From positions 2,176,001 to 2,240,000 of the forward strand of contig CBDEFM010000002.1 in the NCBI GenBank assembly GCA_965237415.1: DNA of 64,000 bases, written 5' to 3'. Below the pieces are notes generated by a model that was not told where the DNA came from, made no database searches, and was given only the letters and a program-made list of their open reading frames with translations. A program made the position numbers and the translations under genes. Source of the DNA: Alphaproteobacteria bacterium (GTDB lineage Bacteria; Pseudomonadota; Alphaproteobacteria; UBA828). This document shows, one piece after another, positions 10,440 through 20,830 of the stretch (its first letter is position 1; each line of letters begins with the position of its first letter).

Positions 10440-10839
10440 CATCATCGAGCTGCCCTTCATGGCCAGGCTCGTCTACACCGAGACATCCCTGATGCGTCAA
10501 AAGCCGTTCGTAACGGCAGCGCGGGTGAGCGGCAGCAGTACGGTCCAGATCATGGCCCGCGAGGTGCTGCCCAATGTGCTGGGTTCCCTGGTCGTCTACT
10601 CGACGACGATCGTGGGTGCCATGATCGTCATCGGGGCGGGGTTCAGCTTCCTCGGAATCGGTATCCAACCGCCCACGGCCGACTGGGGCATCATGACCGC
10701 CGACGGCACGCCGGTCCTCGACAGCTCGCCCCACATCTCGCTGCTGCCCGGCGTGGCGATCATCATCGTTGCCCTGGCCTTTGCCTGGATCGGCGACGGA
10801 CTAAGGCTGGCCGTCGATCCGAGAAAACGCGTGTCCTGA
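10438..10839 (+). pseudogene. Peptide ABC transporter permease (DppC/OppC-like), 3' fragment
   Basis: EAA-like loop 'FVTAARVSG', 'FSFLGIGIQPPTADWG', 'GDGLRLAVDPR'; no N-terminal half. Confidence 0.85.
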
Positions 10840-10974
10840 TCCGCCTTAAGCCGCGGGGGTTCCTGGCAAACCGGGTCACAGTCCGATCGACGGCGTGCTT
10901 GACCCGCCGCGGGTGCAGGTTCAAAACGAGCAGCGCGGCCGAACGGCCGTATGAGCGAACGATCCGGGCGGATC

Positions 10975-11976
10975 ATGGCACGAGACCACCCTGACGAGGC
11001 TGCCGTTCCCGCCGTCACAGCGCCTGCGCCGGCCGTGCGCGGACGCATCTACGGCAGCATCGCCGAGACCATAGGCTCGACGCCGCTGGTGCGCTTCAAC
11101 CGCCTGCCCGCCGAGGCCGGCTGCGGCGCCGAAATCGTCGGCAAGCTCGAGTTCTTCAATCCCCTCGCCTCGGTCAAGGACCGTATCGGCGTCTCCATGA
11201 TCGAGGCGGCGGAGGCCGAAGGCAGGATCGACCCCGGCCGCTCGGTGCTGGTCGAGCCGACCTCGGGCAACACCGGCATCGCGCTCGCCTTCGTGGCGGC
11301 GGCGAAGGGCTACCGGCTCATCCTCACCATGCCCGAGAGCATGTCGATCGAGCGGCGGCGCATTCTGCTGTTCCTCGGAGCCGAGCTCGAACTCACCCCT
11401 GCAGAAAAGGGAATTCCGGGTGCTCTGGCGCGCGCCATCGAGCTCGTCGACGAGATCGAGGGCGCGGTGATGCTCCAGCAGTTCGAGAACCCGGCGAACC
11501 CGGCGATTCATCGCGTCACCACCGCTGAGGAAATCTGGCGCGACACCGGCGGCGTGTTGGACGCCATCGTCTGCGGCGTCGGCACCGGCGGCACGGTGAC
11601 CGGCATCGGCCAGGCGCTGAAGCCGCGCCTCCCGGCGCTCAAGCTGATCGGGGTCGAGCCCGAGGCGAGCGCCGTTCTTTCCGGCGCGCCTGCGGGGCCG
11701 CACAAGATCCAGGGCATCGGCGCGGGCTTCGTGCCGGGCGTGCTCGACTGCTCGGTGATCGACGAGCTGATCCAGATCAGTGACGAGACCGCCTTCGAGA
11801 CCGCCCGGCGGGTGGCGCGGCTGGAGGGCATTCCGGTGGGCATTTCATCCGGCGCCGCCATCGCCGCCGCGCTCCAGGTCGGTGCGCGCGAGGAGATGGC
11901 AGGCAAGCGCATCCTCGTCATCGTGCCCTCCTTCGCTGAGCGCTACCTCTCCACCGACCTCTTCGCGGGCCTTTAG
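10975..11976 (+). CDS. cysK: Cysteine synthase A
   Basis: '[14 protein letters not shown]', 'EPTSGNTG', 'GVGTGGT', '[10 protein letters not shown]', 'ERYLST'. Confidence 0.96.
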   Translation: MARDHPDEAAVPAVTAPAPAVRGRIYGSIAETIGSTPLVRFNRLPAEAGCGAEIVGKLEFFNPLASVKDRIGVSMIEAAEAEGRIDPGRSVLVEPTSGNTGIALAFVAAAKGYRLILTMPESMSIERRRILLFLGAELELTPAEKGIPGALARAIELVDEIEGAVMLQQFENPANPAIHRVTTAEEIWRDTGGVLDAIVCGVGTGGTVTGIGQALKPRLPALKLIGVEPEASAVLSGAPAGPHKIQGIGAGFVPGVLDCSVIDELIQISDETAFETARRVARLEGIPVGISSGAAIAAALQVGAREEMAGKRILVIVPSFAERYLSTDLFAGL

Positions 11977-12003
11977 GCAGCAGCCGGAAAGCCGGACAAC
12001 CCC

Positions 12004-12819
12004 ATGTTCAACGAACGCCAGCTTGAGCGCTACGCCCGCCACATCCTGCTGCAAGAGGTGGGCGGGCCGGGCCAGCAGAAGCTGCTCGACTCCAAGGTGC
12101 TCGTCGTCGGCGCGGGCGGCCTCGGCTCCCCGCTCATGCTCTATCTCGCGGCGGCCGGCGTTGGCACCATCGGCGTCGTCGACGACGATGCGGTGGCGCT
12201 CTCCAACCTGCAGCGGCAGATTGCCCACACCGAGGCCCGGATCGGCCACCCCAAGACCGAAAGCGCGGCCGAGACGGTGGCGCGCATCAACCCGGATGTG
12301 TCGGTCGAATGTCACTCGGTTCGCCTCGACCCCGACAATGCCATGGACCTGATCGGACGCTACGACCTGGTCGCGGACGGCAGCGATAATTTTGCGACGC
12401 GCTTCCTCATCAACGATGCCTGCTACCTGTCGCGCACGACCCTGGTCTCGGCCTCGATCCTCCGTTTCGACGGGCAGCTTGCGACCTTCAAGGCCCATCT
12501 CGGGGGCGATAACCCGTGCTATCGCTGCATCTTCCCCGAAGCGCCGCCACCGGGGCTGATCCCCTCTTGTGCGGAAGGCGGCATCCTCGGCGCCGTGGCT
12601 GGCTCCATGGGCTCGCTACAGGCGACCGAGGTACTGAAGGAGCTGCTGGGGATCGGCGAGAGCCTGTCGGGCAACCTGATCGTCTATGACGGGCTGGCTG
12701 CGATCTTCCGCAAGATCAAGGTCAAGCCCGACCCGGCTTGCGCGCTCTGTGGCGAGCAGCCCAGCATCGTCGATCTCTCCGGCCACGTGGGCGCCGACGC
12801 CGACCACTGCGCCGCCTGA
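12004..12819 (+). CDS. moeB: Molybdopterin-synthase adenylyltransferase (MoeB/ThiF family)
   Basis: 'ERYARHILL', 'GAGGLGS', 'SNLQRQ', CxxC pairs 'CYRC' and 'CALC'. Confidence 0.9.
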   Translation: MFNERQLERYARHILLQEVGGPGQQKLLDSKVLVVGAGGLGSPLMLYLAAAGVGTIGVVDDDAVALSNLQRQIAHTEARIGHPKTESAAETVARINPDVSVECHSVRLDPDNAMDLIGRYDLVADGSDNFATRFLINDACYLSRTTLVSASILRFDGQLATFKAHLGGDNPCYRCIFPEAPPPGLIPSCAEGGILGAVAGSMGSLQATEVLKELLGIGESLSGNLIVYDGLAAIFRKIKVKPDPACALCGEQPSIVDLSGHVGADADHCAA

Positions 12820-12826
12820 GCACAGA

Positions 12827-13834
12827 CTACCCCCCGGCGCTTACCACGCGGATCATCTCGTCGCGTGCGAAGCGCGGCACCTCACCGCCCGACTCGAAGC
12901 TGACGCCGCCCCCCGCTTCGGCGCGGGCGATGGGCGCGCAGGGAAAACCCTCCGCGGCGAGCGTCGCCAGTACTAACTCGGCGGTACCGGCGGGAAAGGC
13001 CGCGAGCAGCGCCCCGGAGGCGAGCAGTCCCCAGGGGTCGATCCCGAGCGCCTCAGACAGGATGCGGCCCGGCTCGTACCAGAGCACGGCGTCGGCCGCG
13101 ACCACGAGCCGGACGCCCGCCGTCTCCGCCATCTCGTAGAGCCCAGCCGAGAGACCGCCCTCGGTCGGGTCGTGCATGGCGCTCGCACCGAGCGTGGTGG
13201 CGCGCAATGCGGCGTCCACCACCGAAATGCCGGGATCGGTCAGCGCGCCGGCGGCCTCCGCCAGCGTCGCGGCGTCGACCTTGCCGCGCAGCATGTCCCC
13301 GGCTTCCGCCGCAAGCACGGCAGCGCCCTCGACCGGCGCGGGGCCGATCTGCGCCACCACCTGCCCCGGCTCCAGCGCGGCTGTGCGGGTGAAGGCGCCA
13401 TCCTCCCGGAGACCCATCATGTGGCCGACGACCACGGTGCGGCGGACCGCATCGGTGATCTCGACATGACCCCCTACCAGCACCGCGTCCAGTGCCGCCA
13501 GCGCCTCGTGCATCCGCCGGTAGAGCGCGCGCACCTCGGCCTCGGTGATCCCCGGCGGTAGCAGGACCGTCGCGGTGAACCAGCGCGGCTTGGCGCCCAT
13601 GACCGCGATGTCGTTTGCGTTCACAAGCACCGCATGGGCGCCGACATCCTGCCCGGTCAGCGTCACGGGGTCGCTCGCGGCAATGAGCGCTCCGCCGCGC
13701 ACGGCGATGACGCCGGCGTCCTCGCCGACCGTCGGCGGCAGCAGCAGCTCGGGCGGCACAGGCCGCCCCGTCACCAACACCTCGGCGAGCAGTTTCGGCG
13801 GCAGCTTGCCGACCTTGAGAACACTGTCGCTCAT
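12827..13834 (-). CDS. AIR-synthase-related (PurM/HypE/ThiL fold) protein
   Basis: 'GKLPP..L', 'GEDAGV', 'SDPVT', 'NANDIAVMGA', 'GGHVE', 'MHDPTEGG'. Confidence 0.85.
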   Translation of the reverse strand: MSDSVLKVGKLPPKLLAEVLVTGRPVPPELLLPPTVGEDAGVIAVRGGALIAASDPVTLTGQDVGAHAVLVNANDIAVMGAKPRWFTATVLLPPGITEAEVRALYRRMHEALAALDAVLVGGHVEITDAVRRTVVVGHMMGLREDGAFTRTAALEPGQVVAQIGPAPVEGAAVLAAEAGDMLRGKVDAATLAEAAGALTDPGISVVDAALRATTLGASAMHDPTEGGLSAGLYEMAETAGVRLVVAADAVLWYEPGRILSEALGIDPWGLLASGALLAAFPAGTAELVLATLAAEGFPCAPIARAEAGGGVSFESGGEVPRFARDEMIRVVSAGG

Positions 13835-14040
13835 TCGCTCTGGCCTCGCACGTATAGCCGCCGCCGATGACGACGGCGGCGGGTAACAGACGACCTGAGA
13901 GTGTACCACCGCCGCGCCCTCCGATGCTTGCCTGCGGCTCGGGATGGGCGCATTCTGGCATCGGCCCGCTGTGAGGCACGCGCGGAACCGGCGCGACTGA
14001 ACTCCATACGCAGGCGCATCCCCCGGAAGGAGCCTCGGCC

Positions 14041-15369
14041 ATGGCGTATCCCGATCCGCACTCGCGTTCCGCCGCGCTTGGCGCGAGAGCACGCGCTGTG
14101 TTCCCCGGCGGCGGCACGCGCGGCCTCACCCAGCTCGCGCCCTACCCGATCTACGCGCAAGAGGCCCACGGCTGCCGCATCACCGACGTGGACGGCGTGG
14201 AGCGGATCGACTTCATCAACAACTACACGGTCCAGCTCTTCGGCCACTCGCACCCGGCCATCGTCGAGGCGGTGGTGAAACAGGCCGAGCGCTTCATGTC
14301 GCTCACGCTTGCGACCGAGAGCGAGATCGAGCTTGCCGAGGCGATCTGCGGCCGGGTGCCGTCGTTCCAGCACATCCGCTTCACCAACACCGGCACCGAG
14401 GCGGTAATGCACGCCATCAAGGGCGCCCGCGCCTACACCGGGCGGCCCAAGATCGCCAAGTGCGAGGGCGTCTACCACGGCGCCTACGACTATGCCGAGG
14501 CGAGCCTCGACCCGGACCCGCAGAGCTGGGGCACCGACCGGCCGCGCGCGGTCGGCTACGCGAAAGGCACGCCGGCCGGGCTGCTCCAGGATGCGGTGAT
14601 CATCCCCTTCAACGACGTGGCCGGGAGCCGCGAGATCCTCGACCGCCATGCGGGCGATCTGGCGGCCGTGCTGGTGGACCTTGTGCCGTCCCGCTGCGGC
14701 GGCGCGCCGATGAGCCCTGCCTACATCGAGATGCTGCACGAGTTCCGCCGCGACTCCGGCGCGCTCATCATCGACGACGAGGTGATTACCTTCCGCCTGC
14801 ACGAGGGCGGCGCCCAGACACTCTACGGCCTGGAGCCCGACCTCACGACGCTCGGCAAGGTGATCGGCGGCGGCCTGCCCATCGGCGCCGTGGCGGGCAC
14901 CGCCGACGCGATGGCCGTTTACGACAGCAGCGCGGGCAAGGCTGCCTGCCCGCAATCCGGCACGTTCACGGCCAACCCTCTCTCCATGGCCGCCGGCGTC
15001 GCCGCAATGCGCATGTTCACGCGCGAGACGGTCGAGAGGCTGAATGCCCTTGGCGAGACCGCGCGTGCCCGGCTGCGCGAGGCTTTCCGCATCGCCGGCT
15101 GCAAGGGGCAGATCACCGGCGAAGGCTCGCTCATCCTCTTCCACATGAGCGACGAGTCGCTCACCGATTATCGCGCCGTCTACCGCGCCGGGACGGAGGG
15201 ACGTGCGCGCCGGCTCGAAGGGCTGTTCCGCGCGCTGCTCAACCACGGCGTCGTGACCTCCGTGTCGGGTATGGCGTGCCTCTCCACCCCGATGGAGGAA
15301 GCGGAGATCGACCACTTGGCCGATGCCGTGCTGGCGAGCCTGCGGACGGTTGCGCGCGAGGCCGCCTGA
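14041..15369 (+). CDS. Class III aminotransferase (glutamate-1-semialdehyde aminomutase-like)
   Basis: 'FTNTGTEA', 'YHG', 'IIDDEVIT', 'PDLTTLGKVIGGGLPIGA', 'SGTFTANP'. Confidence 0.9.
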   Translation: MAYPDPHSRSAALGARARAVFPGGGTRGLTQLAPYPIYAQEAHGCRITDVDGVERIDFINNYTVQLFGHSHPAIVEAVVKQAERFMSLTLATESEIELAEAICGRVPSFQHIRFTNTGTEAVMHAIKGARAYTGRPKIAKCEGVYHGAYDYAEASLDPDPQSWGTDRPRAVGYAKGTPAGLLQDAVIIPFNDVAGSREILDRHAGDLAAVLVDLVPSRCGGAPMSPAYIEMLHEFRRDSGALIIDDEVITFRLHEGGAQTLYGLEPDLTTLGKVIGGGLPIGAVAGTADAMAVYDSSAGKAACPQSGTFTANPLSMAAGVAAMRMFTRETVERLNALGETARARLREAFRIAGCKGQITGEGSLILFHMSDESLTDYRAVYRAGTEGRARRLEGLFRALLNHGVVTSVSGMACLSTPMEEAEIDHLADAVLASLRTVAREAA

Positions 15370-15397
15370 GGGCGGCACGGCCCAGCGGCCCTTCACC

Positions 15398-15733
15398 ATG
15401 AATCGCCGCGTTCTCTGCCGTCTCACCGAGATTCCCGATCCGGGGTCCAGGGGCTTCGACTTCAGAGACGGCGAAGACCTGCGCTCGGTCTTCGTCGTGC
15501 GCGCCGGCGCCACGCTGCGGGCCTACGAGAACTCTTGCCCCCACACCAGAGGCCCCCTCGACTGGGTGCCGGACCAGTTCCTGACCCGCGAGAAGGACAT
15601 GATCCTCTGCGCCACCCACGGCGCTCTCTTCCGGATCGCGGACGGGCACTGCCTCTCCGGCCCCTGCATCGGCGAGCAGCTCCGGCAACTCCCGGTCTCG
15701 GTCGAGGGCGATTCGGTCGCCGTGGTCCTCTAA
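15398..15733 (+). CDS. Rieske [2Fe-2S] ferredoxin
   Basis: 'CPH' and 'CATHGALF....G.C..GPC' Rieske motifs. Confidence 0.9.
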   Translation: MNRRVLCRLTEIPDPGSRGFDFRDGEDLRSVFVVRAGATLRAYENSCPHTRGPLDWVPDQFLTREKDMILCATHGALFRIADGHCLSGPCIGEQLRQLPVSVEGDSVAVVL

Positions 15734-15795
15734 CCGTATATAATCCCGCCGCGCTGAGACGGTCGGCCAATCCATCAGGGAGGCGTTGCGCCACG

Positions 15796-17739
15796 ATGTC
15801 GGAGACTGAACTGTTCCCCGTGCCCGAGGGCCTCGACCAATCGGCCCACTGCGACGACGCAACCTACAGGGCCTGGTACGCCCGCTCGATCGAGGACCCG
15901 GAGGGGTTTTGGGGCGAGCACGGCGAGCGGATCGACTGGATCAGGCCCTATAGCAAGGTCAAGGACGTCTCCTTCCAGGCCGACGACCTCCACATCCGCT
16001 GGTTCGAGGACGGTACGCTCAACGCCTGCGCCAACTGCGTCGACCGCCACCTCGCGGACCGCGGCGACCAAGTGGCGATCATCTGGGAGGGCGACGACCC
16101 GGCTGAGGATTCGACGCTTACCTACCGCGCGCTTCACGAGGCGGTCTCGCGCTTCGCCAACGGCCTCCTCTCGCTCGGCGCGAAGAAAGGCGACCGCATC
16201 ACGATCTACCTGCCCATGATCCCGGAGGCGGCCATCGCCATGCTGGCCTGCGCGCGGATCGGCGCCATCCACTCCGTGGTGTTCGGCGGCTTCTCGCCGG
16301 ATTCGCTCGCGGGCCGCATTCAGGACTGCGATTCCTCGCTCATCATCACCGCCGACGAGGGCCTGCGCGGCGGCCGCGCGATCCCGCTCAAGGCCAACAC
16401 CGACGCGGCCCTGGAAAGCTGCCCCAGCATCCAGAAATGCGTCGTGGTGAAGCGCACCGGCGGCGAGATCGGCTGGGTGGACGGCCGCGACGTCTGGTAT
16501 CACGACCTCGTCGCCGGCGCCTCTGCCGACTGCCCGCCGGCGGAGATGGCGGCCGAAGACCCGCTCTTCATCCTCTACACCTCGGGCTCAACGGGGAAGC
16601 CCAAGGGCGTGCTGCATACGACCGGCGGCTACATGGTCTACGCCTCCATGACCCACCAGTACGTCTTCGACTACCACGATGGCGAGACCTACTGGTGCAC
16701 CGCCGATGTCGGCTGGGTCACCGGCCACAGCTACATCCTCTACGGGCCCCTCGCCAACGGGGCGACGACGCTGATGTTCGAGGGCGTGCCCAACTACCCG
16801 GATGCCTCACGCCACTGGCAGGTCTGCGACAAGCACGGCGTCAACATCTACTACACCGCGCCGACCGCGATCCGTGCGCTCATGCGCGAGGGCGAGGCGC
16901 CGGTGACAAAGACCTCGCGCGCCTCGCTCCGACTGCTGGGCTCGGTGGGCGAGCCGATCAACCCCGAGGCCTGGCTCTGGTACCACCGGGTGGTGGGCGA
17001 CGGACGCTGCCCCATCGTCGACACGTGGTGGCAGACCGAGACCGGCGGCATCCTCATCACACCGCTGCCGGGTGCGACGGCGCTGAAACCGGGCTCGGCC
17101 ACGCGCCCCTTCTTCGGCGTGCAGCCCTTGATCGTCGATCAGGAGGGGAACGAGCTCGAAGGCGCGTGCTCGGGCCTGCTCTGCCTCGCCGATTCCTGGC
17201 CGGGGCAGATGCGCACGGTCTATGGCGACCACAAGCGCTTCTTCGACACCTACTTCTCGCAGTATCCGGGCCGCTACTTCACCGGCGACGGCGCCCGGCG
17301 CGACGAGGACGGCTATTACTGGATCACCGGCCGCGTCGACGACGTGCTCAACGTCTCCGGCCACCGCATGGGAACGGCGGAGGTCGAAAGCGCGCTGGTG
17401 GCGCATCCGGCGGTCTCGGAATCGGCGGTGGTGGGCTACCCCCACGACATCAAGGGCCAGGGCATCTATGCCTATGTGACGCTGACCGTGGGCCGTGAGC
17501 CCAGCGAGGACCTGCGCGGCGAGCTCGTCCGCTGGGTGCGGAAGGAGATCGGCCCCATCGCGACGCCCGATCTCATCCAGTGGGCGCCGGGGCTGCCCAA
17601 GACCCGCTCGGGCAAGATCATGCGCCGCATCCTGCGCAAGATCGCCGCCAACGAGCACGACCAGCTCGGCGACACCTCCACCCTCGCCGACCCGGCGGTG
17701 TTGGACGATCTGGTCGACAACCGGATGAACCGCGCGTGA
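15796..17739 (+). CDS. acs: Acetyl-CoA synthetase
   Basis: '[11 protein letters not shown]', '[10 protein letters not shown]', '[15 protein letters not shown]', '[10 protein letters not shown]'. Confidence 0.97.
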   Translation: MSETELFPVPEGLDQSAHCDDATYRAWYARSIEDPEGFWGEHGERIDWIRPYSKVKDVSFQADDLHIRWFEDGTLNACANCVDRHLADRGDQVAIIWEGDDPAEDSTLTYRALHEAVSRFANGLLSLGAKKGDRITIYLPMIPEAAIAMLACARIGAIHSVVFGGFSPDSLAGRIQDCDSSLIITADEGLRGGRAIPLKANTDAALESCPSIQKCVVVKRTGGEIGWVDGRDVWYHDLVAGASADCPPAEMAAEDPLFILYTSGSTGKPKGVLHTTGGYMVYASMTHQYVFDYHDGETYWCTADVGWVTGHSYILYGPLANGATTLMFEGVPNYPDASRHWQVCDKHGVNIYYTAPTAIRALMREGEAPVTKTSRASLRLLGSVGEPINPEAWLWYHRVVGDGRCPIVDTWWQTETGGILITPLPGATALKPGSATRPFFGVQPLIVDQEGNELEGACSGLLCLADSWPGQMRTVYGDHKRFFDTYFSQYPGRYFTGDGARRDEDGYYWITGRVDDVLNVSGHRMGTAEVESALVAHPAVSESAVVGYPHDIKGQGIYAYVTLTVGREPSEDLRGELVRWVRKEIGPIATPDLIQWAPGLPKTRSGKIMRRILRKIAANEHDQLGDTSTLADPAVLDDLVDNRMNRA

Positions 17740-17781
17740 GAGCCTCCCCCGCGCACCCTTCACAGTTGGCGGCTGGGAGCC

Positions 17782-19302
17782 ATGTCTGAGCCGACAGACA
17801 TCCACGCGCTGCTGGAACGGGGCGCGCGCGACGATATCGCCATCGCGGCGCCGGAGCGTGAGCCGCTGACCTACGGGGGCTTGCGCGAGCAGGTCGGGCG
17901 GACGGGCGATGCGCTCGCTGGCACGGGCATTGGCCCGGGCGATAGGGTGGCGATCGTGCTCCCCAACGGGCCGGAGATGGCGACGGCTTTCCTCGGCGCG
18001 GCCGCGCACGCCACGGCGGCGCCGCTCAACCCCGCTTACCGTGTGGACGAGTTCGCCTTCTACCTCGAAGACCTGCGCGCCAAGGCACTGATCCTGAAGG
18101 CAGGGGCGGAGAGCCCGGCCATCGAGGCAGCAGCGCGTGTGGGCGTCCCGATCATCGGCCTCACGCCCGAGCCCGGCGCGGGTGCCGGCTGCTTCGGCCT
18201 CGACATTCCGTCCGGCACGGCCAAGCGGGGCAATTGCGACGAGGCGGACGACGCTGCGCTGGTGCTCCACACCTCGGGCACCACATCCCGGCCCAAGATC
18301 GTGCCGCTGACCGGCGCGAACCTCTGCGCGTCGGCACGCAATATCGCCGACTGGATCTCCCTCCGCCCCGGCGACCGCTGCCTCAACATCATGCCGCTCT
18401 TCCACATCCACGGGTTGATGGCAGGCGTGATGGCCTCGCTCCACGCGGGCGCCTGCGTGATCTGCACGCCGGGCTTCAACGGGCTCCGCGTCTTCGCGTG
18501 GCTCGACGAGATGGCGCCCACCTGGCTCACCGCCGTGCCCACCATGCACCAGGCGATCCTCGCCCGCGCCCCGCGCAACAAGGAGATCATCGCGCACCGC
18601 AGGCTGAGACTGCTGCGCTCGTCCTCCTCCTCGCTGCCGGCGCCGGTGATGGGCGAGCTCGAGGCGACCTTCGACGCGCCGGTGCTCGAGTCCTATGGGA
18701 TGACCGAGGCCTCCCACCAGATGACCAGCAACCCGATGCCGCCGGCGGAGCGCAGGCCCGGCGGAGTCGGGATCGCCGCAGGGCCCGAGGTCGCGATCAT
18801 GGACAAGGCCGGCACCTTGCTGGCGTCGGGCGCCACGGGCGAGGTAGTGATCCGCGGCCCGAACGTCACCCATGGCTACGAGAACAACCCGGAGGCCAAC
18901 GCGGCGGCGTTCGCCGACGGCTGGTTCCGCACCGGCGACCAGGGGGTGATCGATAAGGCCGGGTATCTCACGCTCACCGGCCGGCTCAAGGAGATCATCA
19001 ACCGGGGCGGCGAGAAGATCGCGCCCCGCGAGGTGGACGACGTGCTGATGACTCATCCCGCCGTGGCCCAAGCGGTGGCCTTCGCCGTGCCGCACCCGAA
19101 GCTCGGCGAGGATGTGGCGGCGGTGATCGTGCTGCGCGAGGGCGCCGAGGCAGGCGAGCGGGAGCTCCGCGCCTTCGCAGCCGACTCCCTCGCCGACTTC
19201 AAGGTCCCGCGCACGATCCTCTTCCGTGACGAGATCCCCAAGGGAGCGACCGGCAAGCTGCAGCGCATCGGGCTCGCCGAGAAGCTGGGCATCACGACGT
19301 GA
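17782..19302 (+). CDS. Acyl-CoA synthetase, probable oxalate-CoA ligase (AAE3/Oxs-like)
   Basis: 'LHTSGTTSRPKIVPL', 'MPLFHIHGL', 'YGMTEASHQMTSNP', 'PKGATGK'; near a PanE2-like reductase. Confidence 0.8.
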   Translation: MSEPTDIHALLERGARDDIAIAAPEREPLTYGGLREQVGRTGDALAGTGIGPGDRVAIVLPNGPEMATAFLGAAAHATAAPLNPAYRVDEFAFYLEDLRAKALILKAGAESPAIEAAARVGVPIIGLTPEPGAGAGCFGLDIPSGTAKRGNCDEADDAALVLHTSGTTSRPKIVPLTGANLCASARNIADWISLRPGDRCLNIMPLFHIHGLMAGVMASLHAGACVICTPGFNGLRVFAWLDEMAPTWLTAVPTMHQAILARAPRNKEIIAHRRLRLLRSSSSSLPAPVMGELEATFDAPVLESYGMTEASHQMTSNPMPPAERRPGGVGIAAGPEVAIMDKAGTLLASGATGEVVIRGPNVTHGYENNPEANAAAFADGWFRTGDQGVIDKAGYLTLTGRLKEIINRGGEKIAPREVDDVLMTHPAVAQAVAFAVPHPKLGEDVAAVIVLREGAEAGERELRAFAADSLADFKVPRTILFRDEIPKGATGKLQRIGLAEKLGITT

Positions 19303-19342
19303 GGGGCCGTCGGCGTGATGCGGACTAAGAACTGAAGCCCTC

Positions 19343-19729
19343 ATGGGTCGTTCGGTCGCGCGCATAAAGAAGCGGCTCGAGAAAAAGGCCCGACGGGGCT
19401 TCCGCGGCTACCCACTCGCCACTGTGGCCTTTTATGGCCCGGATGACCAACGCGCCTCGAAGGTGGTCGCATCGGTCATGGACAGCCAGGACGAGGGCCC
19501 CGTACAGATGCGAAAGTGGTACAGCGAACATGCGGACGTGCGCCACGACGCCGATATCTTGGAGGAAGTGATCGCGTTCATTGCGGAGTTCGGCGCCCTC
19601 AGCGTGGCGATGCCCGACGGGATCATCGGCTGTCCTCACGAGGAAGAAATCGACTACGAAGGGTCCGTCTGCCCGGAGTGCCCGTTCTGGGCCAATCGCG
19701 ATCGCTGGACGGGCGAAGTCGTTCACTAG
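19343..19729 (+). CDS. Hypothetical protein with C-terminal CPH...CxxC putative metal-binding motif
   Basis: 128 aa ORF fills the gap between two + strand genes; protein-like composition; 'IIGCPHEEEIDYEGSVCPECPFW'. Confidence 0.75.
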   Translation: MGRSVARIKKRLEKKARRGFRGYPLATVAFYGPDDQRASKVVASVMDSQDEGPVQMRKWYSEHADVRHDADILEEVIAFIAEFGALSVAMPDGIIGCPHEEEIDYEGSVCPECPFWANRDRWTGEVVH

Positions 19730-19736
19730 GGGTGAC

Positions 19737-20726
19737 ATGAAGATCTGCATCGTCGGCGCTGGCGCGATCGGCGCCTATTTCGGCCTGGAGCTTGCGCAGG
19801 GCGGGGCGGAGGTCTCGCTGATCGCGCGCGGGGCCCATCTCGCGGCGATGCAGGAGAGCGGCGTCCGCGTGCGCGCCGGCGGCGAGGAGCGCCGGGCGCA
19901 GATTCGTGCGACCGACGATCCGGCGGAACTCGGGCCGCAGGACGCCGTCATCATCACCCTCAAGGCCCATTCCGTGCCGGGCATCTGCGACCGCCTGCAG
20001 CCGCTGCTCGGGCCGGAGACGGCCGTGGTCACGGCCTCCAACGGCATCCCCTGGTGGTATTTCCACAAGCTGGAAGGCCCCTACGAGGGCCGGCGCATCG
20101 CCGCGGTCGACCCCGGCGGCATCCAGTGGGACCTGATCGGGCCGGAACGCGCCATCGGCTGCGTCATCTTCGCCGCGGGCGAGATCGTCGAGCCCGGCGT
20201 GATCGAGGTCTCCGCCCATCTGAGCCAGAAGCGGCTGCCCTTCGGCGAGCCGGACGGGACGCGTAGCGAGCGGGTGCAGACGCTGAGCCGGGCCTTCATC
20301 GCCGCCGGCTTCAAGTCGCCGGTGCGGACCGACATCCGCTCGGACATCTGGGTCAAGCTCTGGGGCAACCTCGCCTTCAACCCCGTGAGCGCGCTTACCG
20401 GCGCCACGCTTGAGGACATCGCGCGCGACGCCGGCACCCGCGCCGTGATCCGCGCCATGATGGTGGAGGGGCAGGCGGTGGGCGAGGCGCTCAGCGCGCG
20501 CTTCGCCATCGACGTGGACAAGCGCATCGAGGGCGCCGAGCAGGTGGGCGCCCACCGGACCTCGATGCTTCAGGACTTGATGCTGGGCCGGCCCATGGAG
20601 ATCGAGGCGCTGGTAGGCGTGATCGCCGAGCTGGGCCGTCTGGTGGGCGTGCCGACCCCCACCATCGACATGGTCTATGCGCTGGTGAAGCAGCGCGCGG
20701 TCGAGGCGGGGTGTATGCCCGGCTGA
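19737..20726 (+). CDS. Ketopantoate-reductase family protein, probable oxalyl-CoA reductase (PanE2-like)
   Basis: 'GAGAIG', 'NGIPWWYF', 'WVKLWGNLAFNP', 'TSMLQDL..GRPME'. Confidence 0.85.
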   Translation: MKICIVGAGAIGAYFGLELAQGGAEVSLIARGAHLAAMQESGVRVRAGGEERRAQIRATDDPAELGPQDAVIITLKAHSVPGICDRLQPLLGPETAVVTASNGIPWWYFHKLEGPYEGRRIAAVDPGGIQWDLIGPERAIGCVIFAAGEIVEPGVIEVSAHLSQKRLPFGEPDGTRSERVQTLSRAFIAAGFKSPVRTDIRSDIWVKLWGNLAFNPVSALTGATLEDIARDAGTRAVIRAMMVEGQAVGEALSARFAIDVDKRIEGAEQVGAHRTSMLQDLMLGRPMEIEALVGVIAELGRLVGVPTPTIDMVYALVKQRAVEAGCMPG

Positions 20727-20783
20727 CCCGAATTTCTCGGCGCATCCACGGCCTGTCCCGCGCGCGAGACACATTTTCAATGC

Positions 20784-20830
20784 GGGATTCGCCGGGATTA
20801 AGTGGGATTAAGTGGGATAAGCGGGATTCT
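20784..20830. repeat. Five GGGAT direct repeats at about 10-bp period
   Basis: GGGAT at 20784, 20794, 20804, 20814 and 20823. Confidence 0.8.

Noticed and set aside
14041-15369. Calling this gene hemL
   Set aside because: It belongs to the broad GSA-like class III aminotransferases, and Alphaproteobacteria generally make ALA via ALA synthase; the specific function is unsupported
20784-20830. Possible CRISPR array
   Set aside because: Units are 10 bp with no spacers and no cas genes; no CRISPR array seen anywhere in the window
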